Under the pieces are notes generated by a model, which was given only the letters and a program-made list of their open reading frames with translations, made no database searches and was not told where the DNA came from. The translations under genes were made by a program, and so were the position numbers. Positions 1-10,329 of a stretch of 64,000 nt of DNA are shown here, one piece after another. Source of the stretch: Candidatus Saccharicenans sp. (GTDB taxonomy: Bacteria; Acidobacteriota; Aminicenantia; Aminicenantales; Saccharicenantaceae); assembly GCA_029907135.1 (NCBI GenBank), contig JARYMJ010000002.1, forward strand, positions 10,897-74,896. The letters run 5' to 3'. Position 1 is the stretch's first letter; each line of letters begins with the position of its first letter.

Positions 1-467
1 AAGCCGAGCCCAAACTGGAAGTGCCCATAACTGAGCACACCCTGCCCGAATTCCGCCGCAAGTACCACATCCTGCTGGCTGAAGATAACCCGGTCAACCA
101 AAAGGTGGCCATCCACCTGCTGCAAAAAAAGGGTCACCGGGTTACGGTGGCCGAGAACGGGCGGCAGGCGCTGGAATTCCTGGAGAAGGAAAAATTCGAC
201 CTGGTGCTGATGGACGTCCAGATGCCGGAAATGGACGGGTTTGAAGCCACCAGGCAGATTCGCCAGCAGGAGAAAGCCAGCGGTGAGCACCTGCCTATAG
301 TGGCTATGACTGCCCACGCCATGAAGGGCGACCGGGAAAAATGCCTGGAAGCCGGGATGGATGATTACGTAGCCAAGCCCCTCTACCCGGAACAATTATA
401 CCGGGCCATCGAACGGGCTATCGCTTTGAAACAGGACATAGGAAAAAGAGAATCGCCCGGTGAATAA
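1..467 (+). CDS. C-terminal receiver (REC) domain of a hybrid sensor histidine kinase. The ORF is open to the window start, so the CDS is partial at its 5' end.
   Basis: The reading frame has no stop from nt 3. CheY-like motifs are present ([37 protein letters not shown], the conserved K in YVAKP). Confidence 0.8.
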   Translation, partial: AEPKLEVPITEHTLPEFRRKYHILLAEDNPVNQKVAIHLLQKKGHRVTVAENGRQALEFLEKEKFDLVLMDVQMPEMDGFEATRQIRQQEKASGEHLPIVAMTAHAMKGDREKCLEAGMDDYVAKPLYPEQLYRAIERAIALKQDIGKRESPGE

Positions 468-485
468 ACCGGTAGGAGGCAAAGC

Positions 486-839
486 ATGCCTGGAGTAACT
501 GACCCGAACGACCCGATTAACAGGGAAGAAGTCCTGGAGAGAATCGGCGGCGATGAAGCCTTCCTCAAAGAACTGCTGAATATATACAATGAGGAGTTCA
601 ATGCCAAATACCAGGAGCTGGAAAAGGCCATCCAGGACAAAAATTTCCAGAACATCCGTGAGGCCGGGCATTATCTCAAAGGCGCTGCGGCCAACCTGAG
701 CCTGCCCGGGCTAAGGGAAGCTTCCTGGAAGATGGAGCAGGCCGGCCAGGCCCAGGACCTGGAAGCGGCCCGGCAGGCCCTGCGCTCCCTTAAAAACGAA
801 TACCAGCGCCTCCGGGAATACTTAGGAAGTCAAGTTTGA
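486..839 (+). CDS. Histidine phosphotransfer (Hpt) domain protein.
   Basis: A strong SD (GGAGG) lies 8 nt upstream. The Hpt signature H-Y-L-K-G-AAANLSL surrounds the phosphorylatable His. It sits 19 nt after the REC domain. Confidence 0.7.
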   Translation: MPGVTDPNDPINREEVLERIGGDEAFLKELLNIYNEEFNAKYQELEKAIQDKNFQNIREAGHYLKGAAANLSLPGLREASWKMEQAGQAQDLEAARQALRSLKNEYQRLREYLGSQV

Positions 840-897
840 AGACTGGGTCCTGGCCACAATCAGACCTGAGCCCGAAAATTTCCGGTGCAGAAGGTCA

Positions 898-1239
898 CTA
901 ATCGCGGATAAAATGAGGCATTTCCACAGGGATTTCCAGGCTGAGTTCAACCAGTCCTCTCACTTCTCCACCCGAGGTCCAGGCCGCCTGGTAGATTATT
1001 TTTTTTCGGCCCTGCTTTTCAATGGTATAGATGTTGGGCCGACCAGTCTCCAGGATCTGCCTGATTTTTTCTCTGGATTCCGGACGGTGGCAGTCCCGAA
1101 TGTTTTGACCCAACAGGGACCTTCCGCCTTCCGCCTCAAAAGCCAGGGCCGCCTGGCAATTGAGGAAAATAATCTTTCCATCAACATCAGTTATGGTTAT
1201 GGCTCCGGGAAATTCTTCCATCCAGTCTGCCTTGTTCAT
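898..1239 (-). CDS. Stand-alone PAS-domain sensor protein (113 aa).
   Basis: PAS-like fold pattern (ITITDVDGKIIFLNCQAALAFEAEGGRSLLGQNI ... GLVELSLEI). Confidence 0.5.
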   Translation of the reverse strand: MNKADWMEEFPGAITITDVDGKIIFLNCQAALAFEAEGGRSLLGQNIRDCHRPESREKIRQILETGRPNIYTIEKQGRKKIIYQAAWTSGGEVRGLVELSLEIPVEMPHFIRD

Positions 1240-1366
1240 CTGTCTCTCCCTGATTCTTCCTGGTTGCCCGCGGGGGCTTATTCCTGATATAGATTTATAC
1301 AGGAAATTAAGGTCTCATGGTAGACTATTCTGGGTCTAATGAAAAATGGTCAGCAGGGGAATTGAT

Positions 1367-3238
1367 ATGAACAAGAATGTCAAAGTCCGGTTAAAACTGG
1401 ATTCCTTGATAAGGGTAAACCCGAAAAATCCGGCCGGCCGGCTGGCCACCCCGGGCGGGAGAATTGTCTTAATTACGGTGGTGATGGCTACCCTGATTCT
1501 GACCCTCTGTCCGCGGACGCCCGCGGCTCAAACCTTAGGTTCGGGCCGGATAGTTTTTACTGGCCACCAGGATGGAAGTGAACTTAATAACTCATTTCTA
1601 TTGTTGACCCCTGTTTCCTCACAGCAGAAAGTGGAAAGCCCTTCACTCCAGGTTAGAATCCAGCAGTTCCTGGCCAGGAAAATTGGCCTGGAGCGTCTGG
1701 AAAAAGTCGAGCAGGAATTAAGGCCTCTGGTGGATTCAACCGCCCTAGACCTTTACCTGCTCTACTTCTGGCTAAAGGGGCAGCCCCTGGAAGGCTTGGT
1801 CCTGGCCCGGCTGCAACTGCGGCAGAGAAATGACGACCCGGCTCTTCTGGCCAATGCCGCCGCCTTTCTCTACATTCTTGGAGAATACCAGCTGGCACAG
1901 CAAGCGCTGGAGTCCGCCCGGAACAAGGCCCCGGACAACCCCGTTGTCCTGAACAACCTGGGAGTTCTGCATTTCGCTCTGGGCCAAACGGAGGAGGCCA
2001 GGAAGTTTTTTATTAGAGCTACAACTCTTGATAACTACCAGCCCGAGGCCAACCGGGCTTTATACCTATTGAGCCTGGCCAGCCAATCCCGGGACGGCAC
2101 CTCGAATTACCTGAAAAAATCCCTCCTGGGAGCCTACCGTCAATCCCTGGCTGGCGATCTTCCCGGACTGCCGTTGCCCCAGTCCTTCCAGCAGGAAATC
2201 TTCCTGGCCAGACCTGAATTACCAGATGACTTTGAATCATACCGGAGGCTTATCCCCTTCTACCAGACTGCCTTCCTCAAGATGGAAGGAAAAGAAGTGG
2301 ACCTTAACCAGAAGCTGGAGCGACTGCTGGCCGCCGGTCTGAACTTTCCGGAAACAGAAACCTTAATCAGCGACGGACTGGCTCTCAGCTCCAGCCGGGC
2401 TTATTTCCATTTAAATGAAATAGAAGGCCAACTGGATTTTCTGGAAAGAGAAATTGAACGGCCGGTTGACCTGGAGCTGACCCAGCTTCTGTCGCGGGCC
2501 AGCAGCCAGCTGGAAGCTGTATTCAAGGATTACCAGAAAAGGGAGAAAGATTGCCTGGGCCTGCCCCGGGCTGAAAGGTTGGACTGCATCGAAAAAGCCC
2601 GCAGCGAATATTGCCAGCGCTACCGCCAGCAAGCTGAGTACTTTTACCAGAGATACAAGAAGATTGTGCTCAATTATTTTCAGCAGTCCGAGCCGCGGCT
2701 TAAGAATTTCGTCAACAGTTTTTACTTCTGGGTTCGTTACCTGCCGGAAGATCAGAGGCTAAGAAAAATAACCGAGGCCGAACTCCGAGTTTGGAGGCTC
2801 TACCAGCGGCTTTGGGAAAAAACCTTCCTGATGCTGACCAAAATCAGCCCGCCGGCTTTTAGCGACTGCCTGACGGCGCTGCCCCTGGAGCCAGAAAAGC
2901 CAGCTGAGCCGGTCATCACCTTATATGACCCTTTCTCCACCCTCAACCTTGACTACCAGGATGACTGGCTGACCTTCAGGGTCCGGGCCGACAGGATTAT
3001 CTTTTCCCTGCGCCGGCCGCTGGCCGAGCTCTCACCGCCCGGGACAGCCCTGATGTCCACCATCCATCTCTACCCGCCAGAGACTTCGGGTGCCCGTCCC
3101 CTGTACCTGGTGCTGGAAGCCGGGGGCAAACTGACCGACCTGGGGGAGCTCGGGCCCTGGGCTTTTGCCGGGCTGAGCAGCACCACTTCCTGGAAAATGC
3201 TGATAAACCTCAGCCTGCCCGAACCGAGCAAAAACTGA
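1367..3238 (+). CDS. Membrane-anchored TPR-repeat protein.
   Basis: An AGGGGAA RBS lies before the ATG at 1367. There is one N-terminal TM helix (IVLITVVMATLILTL). TPR-like repeats run LGEYQLAQQALESARNKAPDNPVVLNNLGVLHFALGQTEEARKFF. Confidence 0.6.
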   Translation: MNKNVKVRLKLDSLIRVNPKNPAGRLATPGGRIVLITVVMATLILTLCPRTPAAQTLGSGRIVFTGHQDGSELNNSFLLLTPVSSQQKVESPSLQVRIQQFLARKIGLERLEKVEQELRPLVDSTALDLYLLYFWLKGQPLEGLVLARLQLRQRNDDPALLANAAAFLYILGEYQLAQQALESARNKAPDNPVVLNNLGVLHFALGQTEEARKFFIRATTLDNYQPEANRALYLLSLASQSRDGTSNYLKKSLLGAYRQSLAGDLPGLPLPQSFQQEIFLARPELPDDFESYRRLIPFYQTAFLKMEGKEVDLNQKLERLLAAGLNFPETETLISDGLALSSSRAYFHLNEIEGQLDFLEREIERPVDLELTQLLSRASSQLEAVFKDYQKREKDCLGLPRAERLDCIEKARSEYCQRYRQQAEYFYQRYKKIVLNYFQQSEPRLKNFVNSFYFWVRYLPEDQRLRKITEAELRVWRLYQRLWEKTFLMLTKISPPAFSDCLTALPLEPEKPAEPVITLYDPFSTLNLDYQDDWLTFRVRADRIIFSLRRPLAELSPPGTALMSTIHLYPPETSGARPLYLVLEAGGKLTDLGELGPWAFAGLSSTTSWKMLINLSLPEPSKN

Positions 3239-3304
3239 TAGACAGCCGCTTTTCTTTCCTGATAAAATAGGAAAAATTTAAATTGGGAGAGGCAGGTTTC
3301 GATC

Positions 3305-4666
3305 ATGGACAACCAAGCCAGAACTCGTTTCCCGAAAACCTTCTGGACGGCCAACACCATTGAACTGTTTGAAAGGGCAGCTTACTATTCGATGGCTTCC
3401 TTTATGGTCATCTACCTGAAGGAAGTCCTGGGCATGTCGCCAACCCTGGCCACTTTTCTTAACGGCTCCCTGTTGTGGGGACTGATCTACTTCATGCCGA
3501 TTGTTTCCGGCACCCTGGCCGACAAGTACGGTTTCAAACGTTCGCTGAGCCTGTCTTTCTTCATGCTCTTCCTGGGATACCTGATTATGGGTAATGTCCA
3601 GAAGTTCTGGCCGGCCCTGGCCGGAAGCCAGGCGACTACCATCAACTACACCATCCCGGTGGTGGCAGCCATCATCCTGATCGGACTGGGTGGGTCCGTC
3701 GTCAAACCCTGCATTGCCGGCACCATCCAGAAAACATCCGGTCTCCAGGCCACCCTGGGCTTCGGCATCTTTTACATGGTGATAAACATTGGCTCCATCA
3801 CCGGCCGCGGCGTTTCCTATTTCATCCGCACCAGCCTGGGAATACCAGCCATCTTCACCTATGCTTCCACCGTTTTTATCTTCCTCGGGCTGCTGGTGGT
3901 CCTGTTAATCTACCGGGAACCGGAATACGTCAGCGACGGGATAAAGGACGGCCAGCAGGTCCGGAAAAAAACTCTCAAGGAAGCTATCCTGGGGATCTTT
4001 ATCGTTCTAAGTAACCTGAAATTTGTCTTCTTCCTGGTGGTCATTGCCCTGTTCTGGTTTCTTTACGTTCAGCTTTATAACCTGATCCCGCTTTTCCTGC
4101 GACACATCGACCCCAACGCCCCGGTGGAACTCTATACCCTGGCCAACCCGCTGATGATCGTCTGCTTCCAGTTGCTGATCACCAGGCTGGTAAAAAGATG
4201 GACCCCGGTCAAATCCATCCTGCTCGGGGTGGGGGTGACTACCGCGGGTATGCTGCTGAACATCCTGCCGGTTGTGCTGTATTCTGATATTAGCCACCGG
4301 GTGTCCCTGGCCGGTCTGGCCATTCCCATCGCCGGGATATTCCTCCTGGTCAGCATCGCTTCCATGGCCGTGGGCGAAATGATGGCCTCACCCCGGATTT
4401 ACGAATACATCGGGCGCATCGCCCCCAAGGGAGAAGAAGGGCTGTATCTGGGCTATGCCAACCTACCGGTGGCCATCGGCAGCATCCTGGGCGGACCGCT
4501 GGGCGGCGCCCTGTACCAGAGGCATATTGCCAGCCCCCTGCAGGCTGGCCAGTCGCCGAACTACATCATCATCTGGGCGATAATAGCCTTCCTGGGGGTT
4601 TGCTCAATGGCCGGGCTGGCTATTTATGACCGACTCCTGGCCCGCGACAAAACAAACAAGACATAG
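3305..4666 (+). CDS. POT/PTR2-family proton-dependent di/tripeptide transporter.
   Basis: PTR2 signature 1 is present (ELFERAAYYSM, ExxERxxYY). Signature 2 is present (FGIFYMVINIGS). About 12 TM segments. Confidence 0.8.
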   Translation: MDNQARTRFPKTFWTANTIELFERAAYYSMASFMVIYLKEVLGMSPTLATFLNGSLLWGLIYFMPIVSGTLADKYGFKRSLSLSFFMLFLGYLIMGNVQKFWPALAGSQATTINYTIPVVAAIILIGLGGSVVKPCIAGTIQKTSGLQATLGFGIFYMVINIGSITGRGVSYFIRTSLGIPAIFTYASTVFIFLGLLVVLLIYREPEYVSDGIKDGQQVRKKTLKEAILGIFIVLSNLKFVFFLVVIALFWFLYVQLYNLIPLFLRHIDPNAPVELYTLANPLMIVCFQLLITRLVKRWTPVKSILLGVGVTTAGMLLNILPVVLYSDISHRVSLAGLAIPIAGIFLLVSIASMAVGEMMASPRIYEYIGRIAPKGEEGLYLGYANLPVAIGSILGGPLGGALYQRHIASPLQAGQSPNYIIIWAIIAFLGVCSMAGLAIYDRLLARDKTNKT

Positions 4667-4696
4667 CAAACAGGGCGGGATGCCCGGTGAGCTTAA

Positions 4697-5959
4697 TTAG
4701 TTGCCAAACCTGGGATTGACCACACCAGAATAAATAGAGCCGAAGGTATAGTTCAGGCCGAGGGAGATGCCGTAGCTATAAGCCGTGGCCAGGGCTTTTC
4801 TCTGCAACAGAATATCTTCCAGGCTCAGGTCCCCCTTGGCCAGGTAAATCTGGTCCTTAATCTTGGCGAACCGTCCCGAAATCCCCACCGAGAAGCCCCG
4901 GTAGAGCCGCAGGTTCATGCTGGCATTAAACACCAGGTGATTCTTGCTGAAATCGTGAAAGTAGTGAAAACCTTCCAGCGAGGCGTTGACATTTCCCCAT
5001 GGTTCCTTGATTTCGAGGGTGATCGACAGGGTTTCCCCCAGCAGGGCTTCGTGGGTCTTGTCGTAAATTGTTTCTTCGCGGTAATAATTCAGGTTGAAGC
5101 CCACCCGGTAGAGAAATCTCAGCTGCCGCCGGGTAGATTCCGAATAAGGAAAATAGTTATATTCAATGGCCGGGGCCGGATTTATGTTAAGCTTGATGTT
5201 ATTGTAGGTGGACGAGGACATCCCCAACCAGCCGCCGACCGACCAGTGATTGCTTAGGGCATAGACGGCCAGGGTGGACAGGCTGAAGCTGCTCTGGCGG
5301 GAGGTGATGAGGCTGGTCACGTCGTCCTCGGTTATCTTGAACCGGCTGTTGTTAAAACGGCCGGAAAGGCCCGAGCGGAATTTTAATTTTTCTGTGACCC
5401 GGCTGGCGCTAAGATTGCTGTGCAGCGAGAAAAAATTCTTGGTCTCTTCGCCGGACAAGCTGCCGGATAAACCCAGGTTAAAAACCCAGAAATTCCAGGG
5501 ATCCTCGACTTCTGCCGGCGGCAGGCGCTTTTCGAAATCGATCCGCAAGTAATCGCCCAAATCGGTCTTGGCCAGGTAGGGTACCAGGCCCACCTTGAGC
5601 ACCCGGACCAGGCCTTTTCTTTCGGTATCGGCTGAATCGGTCCTGGCTGAGACATATTTCAGCGTATGATGAACGTCATAAAAATTGTTGCGGCCAATAA
5701 AATTTAAACTGTATTCCCGGCCGCCGGCGGCGGTACCCTGAATAGTAATCAGGATGTGAACATCAGCTTCGGTTCGCTCCCGGACGAAACTGACGAAGCT
5801 CAATTCCGAGCGGATATAATTCATATCACACTGGTGACAGTCGATAAAAACCCGGGGAGGCTCCTGCACCACTCTGGGGATTCTCTCCTGAGCCGCGGCC
5901 GGGGCGGTCAGCAGCCACAGCAGGCCGGCTATCCACGGCCAATATCTGGAAGATTTCAT
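4697..5959 (-). CDS. Hypothetical secreted or outer-membrane protein (420 aa), beta-rich.
   Basis: Signal peptide (LLWLLTAPAAAQE). The rest shows an alternating hydrophobic/polar pattern with Ser/Gly/Asn/Tyr-rich segments typical of beta-barrels. No motif I can name. Confidence 0.5.
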   Translation of the reverse strand: MKSSRYWPWIAGLLWLLTAPAAAQERIPRVVQEPPRVFIDCHQCDMNYIRSELSFVSFVRERTEADVHILITIQGTAAGGREYSLNFIGRNNFYDVHHTLKYVSARTDSADTERKGLVRVLKVGLVPYLAKTDLGDYLRIDFEKRLPPAEVEDPWNFWVFNLGLSGSLSGEETKNFFSLHSNLSASRVTEKLKFRSGLSGRFNNSRFKITEDDVTSLITSRQSSFSLSTLAVYALSNHWSVGGWLGMSSSTYNNIKLNINPAPAIEYNYFPYSESTRRQLRFLYRVGFNLNYYREETIYDKTHEALLGETLSITLEIKEPWGNVNASLEGFHYFHDFSKNHLVFNASMNLRLYRGFSVGISGRFAKIKDQIYLAKGDLSLEDILLQRKALATAYSYGISLGLNYTFGSIYSGVVNPRFGN

Positions 5960-6044
5960 GCCGGTTCTCCTTCAGTCCGGTCTGCAACCATACTTTCTAT
6001 CTCCTCTGACCCGTCCAGGTCCGGACCGGCAAGGAAGGCGGGAC

Positions 6045-6527
6045 TTATCCTTTTCCTGGCCGCGATTTCTCTTCTAATTGCTTTATCAGGTCAACGTTAA
6101 CACCGTAAGCCTGGGGCTCAATCCGGTTGGCCATTGCCCGGTAAATTTCTGGGTGTCTGAACCAGTCCTTGGCTTCGCGGTGGAACAGGTCAAAAAGAAC
6201 TTTCAAGCCAAAAATCGTTCCCAGGGGGAAAAAGGCCAGCAGCAGTATTGCCAGCACCAGGGAAGCCGGCCAGCTCCAGCGCCGGCCATGTTTAATTCCA
6301 GAGGCGGTTTTCAAGCCGGCTATTCCGAAGAGCAGAGAGATGATGGCCACCGCCAGCCCCCGGCTCAGCAGGAAATCCACCCCGGCCAGCTGCCGCAATT
6401 CGCTGCCCGGGCCGAGGCTCAGCCGGGCCAGGACCAGCAACCCGATGGTGACAAAAAAAGTCAGCAAGCTGAGGATGGCCACGACCTTGATTATCTGCCG
6501 GATGAGACTGACTTTTTCGGGCATCAT
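6045..6527 (-). CDS. Hypothetical small integral membrane protein (160 aa, about 4 TM).
   Basis: Four hydrophobic helices. No recognisable motif. Confidence 0.45.
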   Translation of the reverse strand: MMPEKVSLIRQIIKVVAILSLLTFFVTIGLLVLARLSLGPGSELRQLAGVDFLLSRGLAVAIISLLFGIAGLKTASGIKHGRRWSWPASLVLAILLLAFFPLGTIFGLKVLFDLFHREAKDWFRHPEIYRAMANRIEPQAYGVNVDLIKQLEEKSRPGKG

Positions 6528-6631
6528 AATAACCTGCTGGTCTTCTATTTTACTTGAGTTCAGGCTGGATTCAAGCCCGAAATTCAGATAGAATTGGCCT
6601 GCGGAAAGCGCCCGGAATTATTTTTTTCAGC

Positions 6632-6659
6632 TTCAAGCTCTCGCTGCCGACAATATAAT
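6632..6659 (+). promoter_or_regulatory. Sigma70-like promoter (TTCAAG-16 nt-TATAAT) upstream of the 6706 gene.
   Basis: A perfect -10 TATAAT lies at 6654-6659, with an imperfect -35 16 nt upstream. It is 47 nt before the ATG. Confidence 0.35.
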
Positions 6660-6705
6660 TGGCAGTTTTTTTGAGCATTAAAATAACCGAAAAGCGAGGC
6701 GACCG

Positions 6706-7440
6706 ATGAAAAGAATGGTTATTCTAGCCCTGGCCCTGGTCTTCCTGGCCACGGCCCTTCCAGCCGACGTCTACATCAAGACCATCAATCATGTTGACCC
6801 CATCAACGCCATGGGGCAGAGCTTTCCGGCCAGGGACACTGTTTCCGAGCAATGGATCAGCGACGATTTTTACTATCTCGATACCGGTGAAGGTTTTTCT
6901 TACCTGTATGATATCAAGAAAAACATCATCTATCTCATCTCCCATCGCACCAAATCCTATCTGGAAATAAAACCGCCGGCTGACTTTTCCAGCCTCCTGC
7001 CGCCCGAGCTGGCCCCCATGGCCCAGGCCCTGGAGCAGATGACTATGTCGGTCAGGCCCACCGAAGAGACCAGGGTGGTCAACAATATCAAATGCCAGGG
7101 ATACCGGCTGGAAATGACCATGATGATGTACCCGATAGAGATGAACATCTGGGCCTCGGAAGAGCTCCCGGTCAACCTGAAAAAATTCCTGGAAACTGTC
7201 TGGCCGGAGATAAACAAGCTGGAGTTTAAGGTTTCCAGCCAGGCCTATTCCGAGCTGGCTAAAATCAAGGGCCTGTGGATAGCTTCTGAAACCAGGGCCC
7301 AGATGACGGGGGTGGAGGTTACCTCCCGGTCGGAAGTCAGCGAGATCAGCAAGAAGACTCCGCCAAAGGGAATTTATACGCTGCCGGCGAACTACCGGAA
7401 AAAAGACCGGCTGGAAATGGAAGACATCCAGGGTTTCTGA
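6706..7440 (+). CDS. Hypothetical secreted protein (244 aa).
   Basis: Signal peptide (ILALALVFLATALPA). An RBS (AGCGAGG) precedes the ATG. No known catalytic motif. Confidence 0.55.
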   Translation: MKRMVILALALVFLATALPADVYIKTINHVDPINAMGQSFPARDTVSEQWISDDFYYLDTGEGFSYLYDIKKNIIYLISHRTKSYLEIKPPADFSSLLPPELAPMAQALEQMTMSVRPTEETRVVNNIKCQGYRLEMTMMMYPIEMNIWASEELPVNLKKFLETVWPEINKLEFKVSSQAYSELAKIKGLWIASETRAQMTGVEVTSRSEVSEISKKTPPKGIYTLPANYRKKDRLEMEDIQGF

Positions 7441-7775
7441 GTCCGGGTGGCGGTCAGTGGCCCGGGCGGCCGTTTTCTGGCCTGGCCTAATTCTGGGCTG
7501 CAGCTTCCCCGGTTCCGGTCTCCAGCCCAGGCTTCACCATTTAGCCCATCCCTGATATTTCATAAGCAAATCTCCAGGCAACACCTTCCGCTTAATTCTC
7601 ATTTATAACTCCCCGTTCTGGTTCCTGGCTGATATTATCCTGATATCTAAGAGCTCATCCAGCCAGAAGGCAATATATAGATTTTCTCGTGAGGCAACGA
7701 ATCAATTTCGCATAGATTTTAAATGAGGCAATTGGTTATCTTGATTTTTGCCCGAGGCGGCATTATCCTTACGCT

Positions 7776-9278
7776 ATGAACACAGAAGACAAGATAAGGG
7801 TGCGCTTCGCCCCCAGTCCGACCGGCTACATTCACGTCGGCAACGCCCGGACCGCTCTTTTTAACTGGCTGTTCGCCCGGCAGAAAGGCGGGGTGTTTGT
7901 CCTGAGAGTTGAAGACACCGATATCGAAAGGTCGCGGGAAGAGTACGAGCGCAACCTGATCCAGGACCTGCGCTGGCTGGGGCTGGACTGGGATGAAGGC
8001 CCTGATGTTGGCGGGAGCTTTGGGTCCTACCGGCAATCGGAAAGGCTTGAACTCTACCATAAATACGCCCGGGAGCTTCTGGACCGGGGCCAGGCCTATT
8101 ATTGTTTCTGCACGGCCGAAGAGCTGGAACAGCAGCGCCAGGCGGCCCTGGCCGAAGGCCAGATGCCGGTTTACAGCGGTAAATGCCGGAACCTCAGCCT
8201 GGGAGAGGCCAGGCGGCGCCTGGCCGCGGGCGAAGAGGGAGCCATCCGACTTAAAGTCCCGGAGGAAGGACTGGTGCAGTTTGAAGACCTGGTCCGGGGG
8301 CTGGTGGAATTTGACCTGAAGCTCATCGGCGACCCGATCATTGTCCGCTCCAACGGCATGCCGGCCTATAATTACGCCGTGGTCATTGATGACGCCCTGA
8401 TGAACATCACCCATGTCATCCGGGGCGAAGACCACGTCAGCAACACCCCGCGCCAGATTCTTTTGTATAAGGCCCTCGGTTGGCAGGTCCCGGTTTTCGC
8501 CCACCTGTCGATGGTCATGGGCAAGGACAATACCAGGCTGAGCAAGCGTCACGGGGCCACCTCAGTCGACCAGTTCCGGCGCGACGGCATCCTGGCCGAG
8601 GCCTTATGCAATTATCTTTCCTTCCTGGGCTGGTCACCCCCGGAAGGACAGGAAGTCCTGCGTCTTAAAGAATTGGTCAGGCTGTTTGACCTCAGCCGGG
8701 TCAGTCGCTCGGCCGCCATTTTTGATTATGAAAAGCTCTACTGGCTCAACCGCCAGCATATAAAGCTTTTGCCATCCGAGAAAAAGCTGGAACTGGCCCT
8801 CCCCTATCTCCAGGAAGCCGGGCTGGTGGGGAAAGAGCTGGACTCCGCCCAGCGCGACTGGCTCGCCAGGGCAGTGGAAACATTGATAGAAGGGGTGGAC
8901 AAGTTTTCTGACCTGCCACAGAAATTCTCCCTGCTGTTTGATTTTGATCCTGGAAAAATGGAAGAAGAGGCCAGAGAAATCATCCAGGCCGAGTCAGCCA
9001 GAAAAGTGCTGGCCGCCTTCATCCAGAAAACAGCCGGGCTTAAAGAATTCAATTACCAAATCTTTGCCGGGCTCACCGGAGAAATCAAGAAAGCCACCGG
9101 TATCAAGGGCAAGGACCTTTTCCATCCGCTGCGAGTGGCCCTGACGGCCAGAGCTTCGGGGCTGGAGCTGGATAAATTTATTCCGCTGGTGGAGGAAGGC
9201 TCCCGCCTTAATTTCCCCCGCAAAATCAAGGGTTGCCTGGAAAGAATAAAGGAAATTTCAGCCTTCCTGAATTTATAA
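7776..9278 (+). CDS. gltX: Glutamyl-tRNA synthetase.
   Basis: Class I HIGH region (PSPTGYIHVGNARTALFNW). KMSKS-type LSKRHGA. Full-length at 500 aa. Confidence 0.95.
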   Translation: MNTEDKIRVRFAPSPTGYIHVGNARTALFNWLFARQKGGVFVLRVEDTDIERSREEYERNLIQDLRWLGLDWDEGPDVGGSFGSYRQSERLELYHKYARELLDRGQAYYCFCTAEELEQQRQAALAEGQMPVYSGKCRNLSLGEARRRLAAGEEGAIRLKVPEEGLVQFEDLVRGLVEFDLKLIGDPIIVRSNGMPAYNYAVVIDDALMNITHVIRGEDHVSNTPRQILLYKALGWQVPVFAHLSMVMGKDNTRLSKRHGATSVDQFRRDGILAEALCNYLSFLGWSPPEGQEVLRLKELVRLFDLSRVSRSAAIFDYEKLYWLNRQHIKLLPSEKKLELALPYLQEAGLVGKELDSAQRDWLARAVETLIEGVDKFSDLPQKFSLLFDFDPGKMEEEAREIIQAESARKVLAAFIQKTAGLKEFNYQIFAGLTGEIKKATGIKGKDLFHPLRVALTARASGLELDKFIPLVEEGSRLNFPRKIKGCLERIKEISAFLNL

Positions 9279-9281
9279 AAC

Positions 9282-10022
9282 ATGGAACCGAAAGACAGGT
9301 TAGGCCGGCTCAATCCGATAATCGAGTTCTTGAAATCTTCTCCGGGACGCCTGAATAAAATCTTCATCCAGAAGGAAAAGGGCCATTACCGGATTTCTGA
9401 AATAATCAGGCTGGCCAAGGCTAACCACATTCCGCTGGTCTTCGCTCCCAGGGAAAAGCTGGATAATCTCTATCCCCATCACCAAGGAGCGGTGGCTCTG
9501 CTAGCCGAGAAAGAATACCTGGACCTGGAAGACCTGCTGGTAACCGAAAGACCGGCTTTCCTGGTCATCCTGGACGAGGTGGTTGACCCCCAGAACGTTG
9601 GCGCCATCATCCGCAGTGCCGAGGGAGCCGGGGCCGACGGCCTGATCCTGCAGGAACGACACTCGGTCGGGCTGACCGCCACCGTGGCCACAGTGGCCGC
9701 CGGGGCTCTTTCCCACCTGCCAGTGGCCCGGGTAACCAACATCGCTCGGGCCATCGAACGTCTTAAAGAAAAGGGAATCTGGGTGGTGGGCGCAGCCGGT
9801 GAAGCCAGCAACAGGTGGTACGAGTTTGATTTTACCCGGCCGGTAGCGGTGGCCCTCGGCTCGGAAGGCTACGGGTTGCGGCCGAATATAAAAAATAAGT
9901 GCGATGTTCTCCTGTCGCTGCCCATGCTCGGACAGGTCAACAGCCTGAATGTCAGCGCCGCGGCCGCGGTTTTCTTCTACGAGGTGGTCCGCCAGCGCCT
10001 GCTGGCCGAGAAGAAGAAATAA
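9282..10022 (+). CDS. rlmB: SpoU/TrmH-family RNA 2'-O-methyltransferase, RlmB-like.
   Basis: SpoU motifs are present (VDPQNVGAIIRSAEGAGADGLIL, VALGSEGYGL, LSLPMLGQVNSLNVSAAAAVFFYE). It has an N-terminal substrate-binding extension. It starts 4 nt after gltX. Confidence 0.7.
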   Translation: MEPKDRLGRLNPIIEFLKSSPGRLNKIFIQKEKGHYRISEIIRLAKANHIPLVFAPREKLDNLYPHHQGAVALLAEKEYLDLEDLLVTERPAFLVILDEVVDPQNVGAIIRSAEGAGADGLILQERHSVGLTATVATVAAGALSHLPVARVTNIARAIERLKEKGIWVVGAAGEASNRWYEFDFTRPVAVALGSEGYGLRPNIKNKCDVLLSLPMLGQVNSLNVSAAAAVFFYEVVRQRLLAEKKK

Positions 10023-10329
10023 TTCTTAAGAATTTATTACACTGCTGAGACTCTCAAAACCGCCTGAAATCAAGATCCTGTCATTGCTGGCCTGGCCTCT
10101 GACAGGCTTGGGCAAAGAGCTCCGGTCGGGCCGCCTGGAAACAGACGAGGCAGTCCGGATCGGGATTGTGGTAAATGAAAACTTAGAAAGGTGTCAACAA
10201 TGGTTTGGGAACTCTGAAAGCCTTTGCTGATAGAATTCGAAAGGCCATGATTGAAAGAAACAACCCCCATCCCACTCTCAGATAAAAAGGAATCGCCAAG
10301 CATCTGCCCCGCTCATCTCAGGAGCCATT

